A DNA stretch of 64,000 nucleotides from Diplonema japonicum (GCA_964019335.1 OZ025703.1:310001-374000); one strand, 5' to 3'. Positions 34,586 to 47,243 are shown, counted from the stretch's first letter. Numbers and translations are program-made. Notes: generated by a model from the letters alone, not told the origin.

Positions 34586-35477
34586 ATGGAGGCGGCACGC
34601 GATGCCGAGGCAAACAAGGAATGGGGCACAGCGATCTCACTGTACTTGGGAGCTTTGGAGAAAATCGACATGGGTAAGAAAACAGAAAGGGCGGAGACGT
34701 TGATCGGGGTGGGGAGATGTCAGAACCAAATGGGCAATCACGCAGGGTGCGTGGAGAGCGTGACCAAGGCGGAAATGGTCGGGGGAGGTATGATGCTGAA
34801 GGAGATATTAAACCTGAGGGAATCGTGCAACGCGGTGCTGGAAAACTACGTGGCGGCGGCGGCAGACTGCCAACGGTTGCTCGAATCCTGCGAAACCGAA
34901 CAACAACGGGACGACATCACATCTAGACTGAAAACCTACCGAAGCGCTGTTTCTTTGGACGATGAAACCGAAATGGACCCCGACTACCGAGGATGCTCGC
35001 ACTACTCCAGACGATGCAAGCTGTACTGCCCGGAATGTTCCACTCTCACCCCATGCCGGATATGCCACGATGAGAACGCTGATCACAAGCTTGACAGATT
35101 TAAAATCTCCAAAATAAGGTGCATAACATGCGGTACTGATCAAGGCCCTTCTGCAGCGTGTGAGGCCTGTTCCATCACCTTTTCTGATTATTATTGCCAT
35201 ATCTGCCATCTCTGGGGTTCCTTTCCCTCCCCGTCCGCTCCGGCTGATTACATATGGCACTGTGATGCCTGCGGGATTTGTCGTAAAGGTACCGGGGGGG
35301 GCATCGGGGCATCAGGGTTCGCCCATTGCGACAAATGCGCGTCATGTTGGCCTATTGACTCCGATCACGAATGCATCCAAAGTGGGTCCAACACGCACTG
35401 TCCTGTTTGCTTGGAAGATCGACACAATTCAACGAGAATTTCCGCGTATTTGAACTGTGGGCATTTTATGCATGTAT

Positions 35478-35527
<50 letters not shown>

Positions 35528-35888
35528 GAAGAGAAAAAAGAAGGGAAAAAAAAAAAAAAAAAAAAAAAAAAAAGGTGGATTGCAAAAGGGAGTTTCTTCG
35601 CAGCCGGCAGTTTGCTTGTCCGATATGCAAAAAGACGATTTCTAATGAGATATTCGCAACGATAGCGGCTGAGGTGCAGCTGAACAAAATGCCCGCCGAG
35701 TATGATGGGGTGAAGGCAGAGGTTATCTGCAACGATTGCTTGGAGAAGAATATGGTATGTGGAGCGGGAAAAAAAAAAAAAAAAAAAAACAGGTACCTTA
35801 TCACTTTGTTGCCATGCGGTGCCCGTGTTGTGACTCCTTCAACACAACTATAACGAAAGAGCCCAAGATAAACAGACCTGGATCGTAG
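34586..35888 (+). CDS. RCHY1: TPR + CHY zinc finger + RING + zinc-ribbon E3 ligase (Pirh2/RCHY1-like), ~387 aa; introns 35474-35574 and 35755-35792
   Basis: GCSHYSRRCKL..PEC, PCRICHDE and YYCHICHLW. Splicing restores the RING (CGHFMH|VDC...CPICKK) and the ribbon (CNDC..NM|VPYHFVAMRCPCCDSFNT). Confidence 0.88.
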
Positions 35889-36112
35889 ACTGGTAGATTT
35901 GTTCTCCCCCTTCCCCCCTCTTCTTTTTCCAGCTATCCACATTAAAAAAAAAGGAGGGGAAGAGGTTTTTTTTTTTTCCCCCTCCCTAAAGGGGCTCCGT
36001 TCGCGTTAGAGCCGTTGGCACAGCTTTAAAAAAAAAAAAAAAAAAAAAAAGATATGCGTAGAAGCACAAAAATGTGAGAGGTGAGAAAATTTGAAAGAAA
36101 AAGAAGAGAGAC

Positions 36113-36143
<31 letters not shown>

Positions 36144-36329
36144 AAGAAAAAAAAGAAGAAGAAAAAATCCGTTCCAGAAAGATTTGTATCATTAGGCAAA
36201 AGGCAATGTGTCCTGTTGCGAAGGCTCCTCTTTTTCTCCTTATTCGAAAAAAAAAAAAAAAAAAATACGAGGGAGTGGGGGAAACGCCTTCTTATTTCAT
36301 TATTATTATTATTCTTTTTTTTTAAACTG

Positions 36330-36650
36330 AAACCCTCGTCAACGAATCTTCCATTTCAAAGCATTTCTGTCCGGTTGCAGGTGTAGGAGATGGCTCCCTG
36401 CCGGCTTCCTGTCCAGCAGAGATAGCAATCCCTAATAAGCTTCTTTTGTTTATGATCGCTGCGTCTACCATGAGAGAAACCCATTTTCCTGTCAGCCTCT
36501 TGAAAAGGCAGTCTAGAAGCTCGGCTTGTGGAGTACATCTATTTGCCTGCTAATAATGTTTTGGTCTGGCTGCAAGAGAGACCTGAAGAGCTGGTCATTA
36601 ACAAGTTTTGAAAGGTAGTTTGTTCTTGGCATAACACAATGTCATTTGGT
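36330..36650 (-). pseudogene. Degenerate hAT-like transposase fragment
   Basis: The minus strand, with two frameshifts, reads YAKNKLPFK/LVNDQLFRSLLQP..IISRQ/QAELLDCLFKRLTGKWVSLMVDAAIINKRSLLGIAI. This resembles the hAT LPF..V...F..LL..SR and SL..D..T...S.LG region around the first catalytic Asp. Confidence 0.55.
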
Positions 36651-36662
36651 GTTTCAATATAT

Positions 36663-36722
<60 letters not shown>

Positions 36723-36819
36723 CGCCCCTGAATGGTTCGATCGAACATCACACCGATGTCCCGCACTTTCTCCAAAAGGAAAAAAAAAAAAAGGAAAAAA
36801 AAAAAAAAAAAAAAAAAAA

Positions 36820-39314
36820 ATGTCCGACGAAGACGCAAAGGCAGAGGCCGGCTTGGCGGGAGAAGACCCTCCTGCGGAAGAGAAAAAGGAGAAGAAAGAG
36901 GAAAACCGAATCATGGTATACGCAAGGCTGAGACCCGTGTTCCAAAGGGACCGCGACGATCCCGCATTCACACACATTGTAAACCTCCATCCCGACAGAA
37001 AGACCATCTCGTTAACAGGAGGAAAGACGTACGTGTACGACGCCACCTTCGGTGAAAAATCAGAACAGATCCCTGTATGGCAGGCCGTCGGGAAACCTGT
37101 AGTAGAAAACGTCTTCAAAGGATACAGTGGTTGCGTAATGGCCTACGGGCAAACCGGCACCGGAAAGTCCCACACGATGTCCAACATGGACCGCGGGTCT
37201 GAGGGAATCGTTATGCAGTCCATGATGCACATTTTCAACAAAATGGAAACCGACCCCGACCGAGAGTACGATGTCCAAATGGGGTACCTTCAAATCTACA
37301 TGGACAAGGTTCAAGATCTCATGAAGCCTGGAGGGACGAAGAGCTTGGACATCATTAGAAGCGACGCAGGTGAAGTGTCCATCACCGGTCTAACCATGAC
37401 AGAGTGTCGAACAAGGGAGAAATTCGTCGAGCTTTACGAAGAAGGTGACCAGCATCGTATTGTAGCTGCCACCAAGATGAACCCTGTTTCTTCCAGATCC
37501 CACAGTTGCCTTCTCATTCAGATTAAATCCCGCCCCAAAGGCGACGACGGCACCGGTGAATCCCGTACCGCAAAGATGTGGATGATCGATTTAGCAGGGT
37601 ACGAACGGTTCTCCAAAACAGGTGTTCTTGAAGGCATCCGCAAAGAAGAGGCCAAGGGTATCAACGCGTCGTTGCTCTCTCTTGGAAACGTCATTTCAGC
37701 GTTGTCCGAAAAAAGCTCGCACGTCCCGTGGAGAAACGCCAAGCTTACAAGGCTTCTCCAAGACGCCATTGGTGGGAAGGCCAAGGCGGCCGTGTGCATT
37801 ACACTCGGACCGTCGGGAGTGTCATTCCACGAGACCGTGGGTACTCTGTATTTCGGAAGGTATTAGAGGAGGGGGAAAAAAAAGTTTTTTTTTTTTTATA
37901 TATAATACAGTCGAGCAATGGCAGTTAAAACTGAAGCGAAGCTGCAGCTGAACGTTGACTACGCGGCGCTCTGCAAGAAACTGCAGACCATGCTCGAGGA
38001 GGAACAAGAGAAATCCGCGGATCTCGAGACGCAAATCGAGAAAAGAATGGTAATAAAAAAAAAGGGGGGGAGAGGAGAGAGGGGAGAAAAAAAATATTAT
38101 AACAACAAAAAAATTAGACGGAATGCAACGAGCGTGAAGCCAGGATGCACAAGGAAATCGCAATGATGAAGAACCGACACGAGGAACAGCTCAAGACTCT
38201 CATCGAGTCCGGCGCGGACCCCGCAGCCATCGAGGCGCTCATGAAGGAGAACGAGGCAGAGATGGAAATCGTGCACGAACAACATGTATGGGATCAAAGA
38301 AAAAAGAAAAAAAAGAAAGGCTGAGGAGCGACTGGTGGAAGAAGAAAAATTCGAGGAACAAACAAAAGAGTTTGTACAGGAAAACATGAAGGTGTCCAGC
38401 CAAGAGATAGACAAGCTGAAGACGGATCACTTGGCCGAGGTATCCTCCCCCTCCCCAAATTATAATTTCTTAAAAAAAAACAAAAAAAAACAAAAAAAAA
38501 AAAGATGGAGGACCTGCAAAAGAAACTCGAGAGTGCCAACCAAGAAGTCGAACGATTAAAGCAGAAAGACGAAGAATGCACCCAGTTAAACAGTTACATC
38601 ACAACCTTGAAGGAAGAGCACGCCGAGGTTTGTCATATTGGTACAAATAAACCCCCAACACAGGAGACCCTCAGAGCCAAGGAAGAAGGAGCTCTGAACT
38701 CAGGGGTCTCGCAAGACGGCTTGGCACAGCTGAAGAAGGAATATGACCAACAAGTGAAGTCCATCAGAACAATGATGGAAACAACCCACGAGGGTAGAGC
38801 CCAAGAGCTAGAAGACACCCACGAAAGGGAAATACAACGATTAAAGAAACAACTTGAGGAATCTACCAGAAAGAGCGAAGAGGAGTACAGCGAAATGAAA
38901 ATGGTACTCGAGACAAAACTTGCTGACGAGGTAGCCAAGGTCAAGGCAAAGGCAGCAGATGTCCAAGACAAACTAAAGAAAAACCACATGATCATCAAAT
39001 CCTCGTACCAGGATCAGAAGGAAAAACTCAAGGCAGAGATCGCCTTGCTCAAGGAGACGCATGGGGTCGAGAAGGATGGAGTGGCAAAGGAAGGAAAAGA
39101 CAGTCTCAGGCACCTTACGGAGCAGCACGCGAGCATCAAGCGTTCGTACCAAGAACAAGTCGAAAAGCTTAAGAAAGAAAACGCCGAGCTCAAGCAGAAG
39201 ATTGGAAGTGGGGGTGGCAGTGGGTCTTCTTCCCCTGTCGCCAGCAGCCCACCAGTACATGATGATCCGGTTGCAGACGTTCCCCCTCCTGCCGATGAAG
39301 CAGATGACGAGTAA
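36820..39314 (+). CDS. N-terminal-motor kinesin with coiled-coil tail, ~746 aa; introns 37860-37910, 38050-38117, 38286-38319, 38440-38504 and probably 38628-38663
   Basis: VYARLRP, P-loop GQTGTGKS, switch I NPVSSRSH, switch II DLAGYER, HVPWRNAKLTRLLQD. The first intron restores TLYFGSRAM and the others keep a continuous coiled-coil frame. Confidence 0.92.
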
Positions 39315-39364
39315 ATATTCTTTTTTATATTGAAAAGCTCTTTTTTTAGTAAAATCGAGAAACC

Positions 39365-39395
<31 letters not shown>

Positions 39396-39667
39396 TGAAA
39401 GTGTGTTTTTTTTTTTTTTTCTCTTTTTTTTCTCTTTTCCCCCTTTACCCGAGCCCTTCATATTTTCTTTTTAATTGAAGAAAGGATAGAATAAAAAAAA
39501 TTGAAGAAAAAAAAGAAGAAAAAAAAAAAGAAAAAAAAAAAAAAACCAAGGGAAGAGGGAGGAGGGGAGGGAAGAGAGGAGAGAAGGAGGAGATTGGGCG
39601 CGCCTTTTGTGTTTAAAAGAGGAGAGAGAGTGTGTGCGAAAAAGATAAATCCAATACAACACTCAAT

Positions 39668-39720
<53 letters not shown>

Positions 39721-40156
39721 CTCCTCTTCTTCTTCTCTTTCTCCTGTTTGTTTGACACAGATTTGTCTCACTCCCTCCCACCCTCGTGGCACTTCCCTTT
39801 TTTTTTTCTTCTTCTTTGTTCTCTGTTGTTGTTGTTGTTGTTGTTAGACCCTCCAGCCTCCCCATTTTCTTTTTAAAGCAAAAAAAGGTCTGTAACTTCT
39901 ATTCAGAGTACCCGGGAAGAAATAATTAAAGAAATCATTATATTATATTGCAGACTTTTTTTTTCTTTGGAAAAAAAAAACCCTTGGGGGAGGGGTGGGG
40001 TTTTTTTGAAAAAGCTTTTATTTTCTCTTACTGTACCATTTTTTATTTTTTATATTCTTACGACGGATTGCCCCCCCCCTTTTTTTTAAAATTTATTTTT
40101 TATTCGCCCCACAAAAAAAAAAACAGCAAAATTCCACAACACACACACCCTCCCCT

Positions 40157-40501
40157 ATGGCGTTGAACAAGACAGACACACGGCAGCGGGCGTATAACCG
40201 GATCGATTCATCAAGCTCACAAGGCAACTGGGTGGATGAGAAAACCTACAACAAAACAAGAAGCGGGTGTCTAATGGGCAATTGGTGGGAAGAGGAAATC
40301 CTTCGGGAAGGAAACGGAGAGACACAGGAAATGGAGGGAAGCAGGCTGGACAAATCAGGGGGTATGGTGCCTCCCCCCTCCCCAATTTTTTCACTTTTTT
40401 TTTCAAAAGGCCTGAAACGAGGGCAAGGAGGGATGGAATCCACACGATTTCTTATAAATCCCGTGGCTACGAGTACACTATCGCCGGATCATTTTGAGAC
40501 G

Positions 40502-40541
<40 letters not shown>

Positions 40542-40544
40542 CCC

Positions 40545-40580
<36 letters not shown>

Positions 40581-40994
40581 GACGACACGGAAAGATTTCA
40601 ACGAGCGTACAGCCGACATCAAGCAGCTGAAGCCTCCAAGGCAAGGGCTGAGGGCCCAGCGGCGGGTCGACGAAGTGTTGCAGACTGCGAAAAAAATGCA
40701 GCAAGAACAAGACGACGCCGAGGCCGCAGCAGCAACCCACCGCGTCTACACCACCGCTTACGCCAGCTTCAACGCAAGCACGAAGCCTGTCGATGTAGGT
40801 GGCCCAATCGATTCTTTTGACTACACTGAAGATCAACCCATTACTCTGTACACAGGGAACCCAAACACAGGCACGAAAATGCAGGTCCAAGGAATAACCT
40901 CCGGCACAGGCCGCAACACCATGGCGAAAAACTGCAACTTCTCGATACCGGTCACGCAGCACCCCATTGGAGGCAAACACCAAACCCCGCAGTA

Positions 40995-40998
<4 letters not shown>
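40157..40998 (+). CDS. Probable axonemal microtubule inner protein (SPAG8/FAP143-like), ~237 aa; introns 40362-40409 (probable) and 40502-40581
   Basis: LMGNWWEE (NWE-type motif), DYTEDQPITLY and KNCNFSIP resemble conserved SPAG8-family blocks. Confidence 0.6.
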
Positions 40999-41048
<50 letters not shown>

Positions 41049-41320
41049 GAGGGGGAAAAAAATGTAAATATTTGTGTTCGTTTTTTTTGGGGGGGGGTAA
41101 ATTCACTTAATTCCCAAGAAAAAGGTGCCGGCATTCAAAAACAGTGCCCAAAAAAAAAAAAAAAAAAAAGTCCATTTTTTTTTAGTGAAAAAATTACCCC
41201 CACTTTCCCCCCCTTTTTTTTCCGAAAAAAAAACCCCCCCCATAAAATTCTCCGAAAAAAAATCCACGAAATAAAAGAGGGGAGGGGGGGGAGGGTGTGC
41301 CCGCTCACCCAACACACACA

Positions 41321-44300
41321 ATGTCCGAGAGGGAGAGACGGGAGAGTATATGCTCAACCTTGGGAGGCATCGGTGGGGGCGTGACGTTTGCTGCGGGGAT
41401 AAGCATGGCGGAACCAACAAGATCCCAACAACGAAGAAAATCAAGCGTGGGTCTACAGCTACCGCCGGCCGAGCCGAGCAGAGAAAGACGCACAAGCATC
41501 TTGAAGAGAAGGGAGAGCCACGGCTCAATGCTCTCCAGAAGAAGCACCATAACAGGCTTCGCAAGGAAAACATCATACAATGACGCGCAGCACAACATCC
41601 ACAATGAGATTCTTGACGTGGTGGTTGGTATCGCAAGGGCACAGGCGGAAATGAAAGCTGAAAACACCGAAAAGCTTAAAAAAATGCAAAAACAAATCAA
41701 GGTCGTCTCGAGCGCGGTCCTCGCGCTTCAAAAAATCTCAACCCAATTCGACACAGTAAGAAGAGAAAGCAAGGACGAATACATCTCAGATCCCGTCAAC
41801 GCTATAGCACCTCTTAACTCGACAAATCCAGTAAACGCTGTCTACCCATCGTATCAAAGATCCTCATTGTCATCATCAGCTGCGCAAACTCCCAGGAATA
41901 AAACGGTCACGGCATCGAGATCTCATTTTGATTCACCGCAACAATTGAGTTTGCCCGCGTCCACAGCGTCGAACATGCAATGGGGCGGCTTGGACGACGA
42001 TGTGGTATCTTCAACATCGAGTAGTAGCCAAGGCCATGCTACACCTGATTTGGAAGTCCCAAACCCGTTCAAACACATGGATTCTGCTCCGAAAGGCTAC
42101 GCGCTTGCAAACTCACTTTCCGAGGGAAACACCGGATCGATATCAGACGAATCAGATGAATCTGAAACCGCTTCATTCTCACAAAGGGTTCGCCATGCCG
42201 AACGGCATCTAGCCATCAACGCGCACTACAGAACCGGGAGCGGCGTCATCCTCCCAGAACACATGATTCGAAAAACAGCAGATATTATATATCTCATTTT
42301 GGCACTGTTGGAGTCTTACGAATGTTTGTTCTCGCTTTTGTGGCCGGATGCTATACCGACAGCTTACAAGATTCTCTTGAAGGTAATCTTTACGTTGGGG
42401 CATGTTTTTTTTATTTGGATTGTGTCCCGAACGGCGGTATTGGACGGATACACATTAGAGGATAGCAGTTTGCAAACGATCCGCGGGATTTACAAAAGGA
42501 CCTGGCTCCCCTTTGACGTAGTGACGTCGATTCCCTACGACCTGCTCCCGGTTAGCTTCTCGATGTGGCTCGCGACACCACGGTTGGCACATGCCGTTCG
42601 AGTTCCAAAGTTGCTGACCACCGCAAATCCTTTAAAACAGGCCTCCGGCTGGATGAGCGGTTTAAAAGCAAGCTTTTGGTTCTTCTGGGGCCTCAATATA
42701 ATGGGCATACTATACGTCCTCATTGATGCCGTTTCTGACAGTGATAAGCTGTATCTTGATGACGACAGCAACACAGTTTTCGACAGATATCTGCAAGGTC
42801 TGTACTGGGCAACGATTACCGTGTCATCTGTTGGCTATGGTGATATTGTTCCACAGTCACGGTGGAGCAGGTTGTACTCCATCCCTGTTGTGTTGATTTC
42901 CGTGTTGATTTTATCTGTGTTTACAGGTCAAGTTGCATCATCTGTAATCCGTCTTGACGCGTTCCAGCAGGTCGTTAAAGAAAAGAAAGCGAAGCTTTAT
43001 TCCCTCATGGAGCGGTACGAGGTGCCGTGGGAGGTTCAAAAAGAGGCGTTTAGCATTTACCCAACGCTTTTGGAGACGAGCTTAAAGGATTATTTCGATA
43101 TTTTGAGGGATCTCCCGCCGTTTATGCAGGACAAGGTCATCCTGTGTATCAAGAAAAAAATCGTGTCGCAGGTACCGCTGTTCAAAGGCGTTGAGGAAAA
43201 AACATTGACAGCACTGGCTGCAGTTACACAACAGGTTCTGGTGGCTCCGAACGAATACATTATTGAAGCTGGTGGTATAGGGCATGAAATGTACTTTATC
43301 GCTCAAGGTGTCGTTGAGGTCATTGTGGAAGACGAGCATGGTGATGAAATGTGCGCTGCGACTCTTCAAAGCGGGAGCTGGTTCGGGGAGATAGCATTGT
43401 TGAAACATACCCAGCGGACGGCTTCGGTGCGGTCTGTGACCGCCTGCAGCTGTTTCAAGCTGTTGAAGGAGGACTTCATGGGCATTCTTAAAATATTCCC
43501 CGAGTTTGAGGTTCAAATGAAATCTTCTGTCGAGCGACGCTTACGCGAAATTGCAGATCAACGCCCTGCCACCCCTGTGCAATGTCCATTGCCACATGAA
43601 GGATCGGAAATCCCGTTTACAACCGGTACTGAAAGCCCTTATAATAAAATGGAAAACCCGTTGTCCTCACGTCATGCGTCTCCCCAGCGGTCTGCAAGGA
43701 GCATGTATGTTAATTTGAGTTTTTTTTTTTTAGGGTGGTGGGGATAACATGGAAATATAAGAAGTACATCAGATGTGTTGTTCGCTGTTGACCTCCTCGT
43801 CGGTCATCACCGGTAGCGCCCGAGTGGAAGAACGTAACGCAGATGTTCAGGGTGACGAACAGGCAGCAAACTGCACGAGCGCAGAATCTTGGTTACCCGG
43901 GACGCCCCGGCTAGGGTTGAGCACACCGCACGCATTAAGGACACGACGCGGAACACAGAAGAAGCTACTGCTCGGCCGAGGAGCGCCCCCTGTAATCAAG
44001 TAGGTAGTTCGTGCTTCATTGCACGCTTAACGCCACCTAGTGTTGCAATCAAAGCCCCATTTTTTTTTTTTTTTTTGTATTTTTTTTTTTTTTTAATTCA
44101 GTCCGGTACCCAGTCCAACGCTCTCTGCAGACAGTCCTCTTCCACCACTACCGCCTACAGCAGCTGACCATCCTCATAAAGAGGTTGTGCACGAGGTGGT
44201 GCACGGGTCGCCCACTGTCGGTTACTCAAAGATCGCTTCGGTAGGTTCTTTCAAACTTGACAGGGTGTTGTCTAAAGAAGATTTGAATAAGCTGCGTGGT

Positions 44301-44369
44301 CGAGGTGTGACCGGGGGGGGGTTAAAAAAAGTTTTTTTTAAAAAAAATATAGGTGATTATTCTCCATGA
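41321..44369 (+). CDS. Cyclic-nucleotide-binding voltage-gated-type K+ channel, ~867 aa; introns 43705-44101 and 44305-44352
   Basis: WLPFDVVTSIP, pore YWATITVSSVGYGDIVP, a C-linker and CNBD (EMYFI..G, FGEIALL...RTASVR). The 3' exons are inferred from frame continuity and are less certain than the core. Confidence 0.88.
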
Positions 44370-44605
44370 TTCCCTTCTTTATACCCCATATTTAGTTTTT
44401 CTCCCTCCACCTACCTTTTCCCACACCGCCCTCTATTAACACGAGAGATACTTTTTTTTTTCTTTTTTTTTTTCTTCAGCATGGGATCATCTTTTGGATT
44501 TATTTGCAAAGGGTAATCTTTTTTTTTTATTTGTTTTCTTCCTTATAATTATATATTCTTGTTGTGCATGCCTTTGCTACATACTGCAGGCACCCTTAAA
44601 TAGTT

Positions 44606-44642
<37 letters not shown>

Positions 44643-44932
44643 CCCCCCCTTCTCCCGTGGAAACCTTTATTTTTTTTTTAAAGGGCACCTGGGTTTTGTT
44701 AAGGGTTTTTAAATATTTTTTTTTTTTTCTTTCTCCATAAAAGAATTCTTCCTTTATCCGTTGGCTGTGGCACAGCTTTAAAAAAAAAAAAAAGAAAAAA
44801 AAAAAAAAACAGAGCCGGTTTTATTTTCTCTAATCATCTTGCTTTCCCCGAATCTGTTGATGAAAAAGAAATAAGAATGGCTGGGGGGAGGTTATAAAGA
44901 AGGCGGAAGGATACTTTAAACCTGCGTGTCAA

Positions 44933-44967
<35 letters not shown>

Positions 44968-45241
44968 AGTCCCCTTCCAACCTTTCCCCTTTGTTTTTCT
45001 GTTGTCCTGTGGCTTTTTCTGGGTGCTCCAATCTTTTTTCTTTTTTTTCCTTCTTTTTTTTTTTTTTTGCACAGACCTTATTAATAACAGAAGAAGAAAA
45101 CGAAATGAAAAGAAAAACAACTAAACAAATCCTTCCCCCCCCCCCCCCCCTTCTTCTTTTTTATTATTCAAATGCAATAGTTAAAAAAGTGATAATAATA
45201 AAACTTGTGTTCTTTGTGCCGGGTAAGGATGACTTTCTGCA

Positions 45242-45291
<50 letters not shown>

Positions 45292-45471
45292 TTTGAGCGA
45301 AAAACCAAAAAAAAAAAAACGACAAGTTTTACCAAAATCTTTTTTTCTCTCCCTTTTTTTTCAAAGACACTTTTTTTTCTGTTTTTTTTTTTTTTTTCTC
45401 TTCCCAGGTTTCATCTCTAATCTCTAAAGCGTTTGAGGCAGCAGTAGAGATGTGGTTTTTTTTTTTTTTTT

Positions 45472-45816
45472 AATCTCACTTTTCAGAAATTTCTTCACTC
45501 CGAAAGTCCCTTTTATTGGCGCTAAAAGTTGCCCTGGCGGGGGTTGAACCACGACCCCCGTGGCGATTTAAAAAAAAAAAAAAATCACAATTCTGACAAA
45601 TGCCGAAGTCGAAGAAGGCCAACTTCAGAGGGGGGAAACCAAGCGGCTAACGGAGGACGCGATGAATTGACACATCTCCAGAAGCTGAAGGACGAAGGGT
45701 GGGCCCCCTCCTGTGCCTGTGATTGGTATCATGATATTGTCACAAAAAGAATTAGCAGAGATCCCCCCCATTTTGGTGGTTTTTGCGAGTGACTCAATTT
45801 CTGAAAAGGTGAGGTT
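45472..45816. repeat. Degenerate ~36-bp inverted-repeat pair bounding ~345 bp (old MITE-like unit)
   Basis: AATCTCACTTTTCAGAAATTTCTTCACTC at 45472 versus the reverse complement of 45781-45816 (AACCTCACCTTTTCAGAAATTGAGTCACTC). Confidence 0.5.
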
Positions 45817-46113
45817 TTTTCTAAAAGATTATTCCTCCATCCCCTCCCCGTATTTTCTCCTCTCTCGTGGTGGTACCTAAACTACTGCTTCTCTGCCCCT
45901 ACATCTACTCATGGCCGTCTCGTCCTTACAGAAGTCTGTCATTAGAGCAAAAATCGTGCCAAAGTGACTGGCCTTGGGGAACTTTTAGTGAGAGGGTAAA
46001 AAAAAAAAAAAAGGGAAAAGACACAGAATGCATCATATTGTTGTTTTGGGCTTCTACGTCCTCATGTCTCTTAAAACCAGAACGTGGAAAAACTGTTTTT
46101 TTTTTTTTCTTTT

Positions 46114-46145
<32 letters not shown>

Positions 46146-47243
46146 TTCACGGGTTTTTGAGATGCGGGCGGTAAATTTTAAAAAAAAAGAAAAAGAAAGG
46201 AACCAGTACGAGAAAAAGAAAAAAAAAACCCCCTCTTTTTATCCCCCCTTCGTGTTGTCGTATGTCTTTCATCATTTTTTTTTTAAGGTTTTGGTTTGTC
46301 TCTGTCCCTGTTTCCATAACCCGAAATGCGATTATTACTCCCCCCCCTTTTTTTTTAAACAGTGGAGAAGGGAAGAAAGAAAATCAGAGATGATGTCAAA
46401 AGTATTAACCTATTCAATACCCCCCCCCCCGGGGGGGATTGCATTGTTTCATTTTATGTGAAAGTTCACAATGCAAAGCAAAAAAAAAAAGTTTTTTTAA
46501 TTTTTTATTTTTCTTACGCTTTTATTCTTTTTTTTTTTTTTTTTTTTTTTTTCGTCATCATCTTTCACTCGCTTTTTTATTTTTCCCCGTAGGATCTCAA
46601 GGGAAGGGGGAAAAAAAAAATCTTGAACAGAAATTCTTAACAACACGGCACCACACCTCATGAAAAGCAAGCAGTGAGTGAACTCAAAAAAAAAAAAAAA
46701 AGAAATGGCGAAAGAAGTGTTTAAAAAAAAAAGAAAGAACAACCAACAATGAATAATGAATAGCTCTTTTTTTTTTCTTTTTAATTACCCGGGTGACATG
46801 TAAAAAAAAAAAAAAAAAAAAACATTTCGTTCCATATCTCTCTCCAAAGCCCGTCTGGTCACCCTTATGCTCGGTCTACAGCAGGCCCTTTTTCCCTTGA
46901 GATAGCCCGTTGGGATTTCAAGGAGAGGATCCGTTCCACACCGCAACTAAAAAGATTTCTATTTAACAAATCACTTTCGGGAAACGACTTTGTTTTTTGG
47001 GGAAAAAAGAAAAATAAATTGCAATTTTCTATGTTGCTCCTGACGGAAGGGCCCCCCCCCCCCGTACCAGATGGGTTGTGTAGAGATATAAGGTAAAAAC
47101 TAAAGCTGTTTAAGTTTCTTTTTTTTTCAATACTAATAATGAAAACCCCCCTCCCCATGCAAAAAAAAAAAAAAGAAAAAAGAAGGAAAAAAAAAAGAGG
47201 GGACCCTGTGCCGACTCTTAAGAGCAGTGCCAAATAATATATA

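Noticed and set aside
43905-43925. CAACCCTA on the minus strand as a telomerase-template-like motif
   Set aside because: The match to CTAACCCTAA is imperfect and short, with no other support.
45530-45560. Possible tRNA gene
   Set aside because: Only a T-arm-like half is present; there is no D arm, anticodon arm or acceptor pairing.
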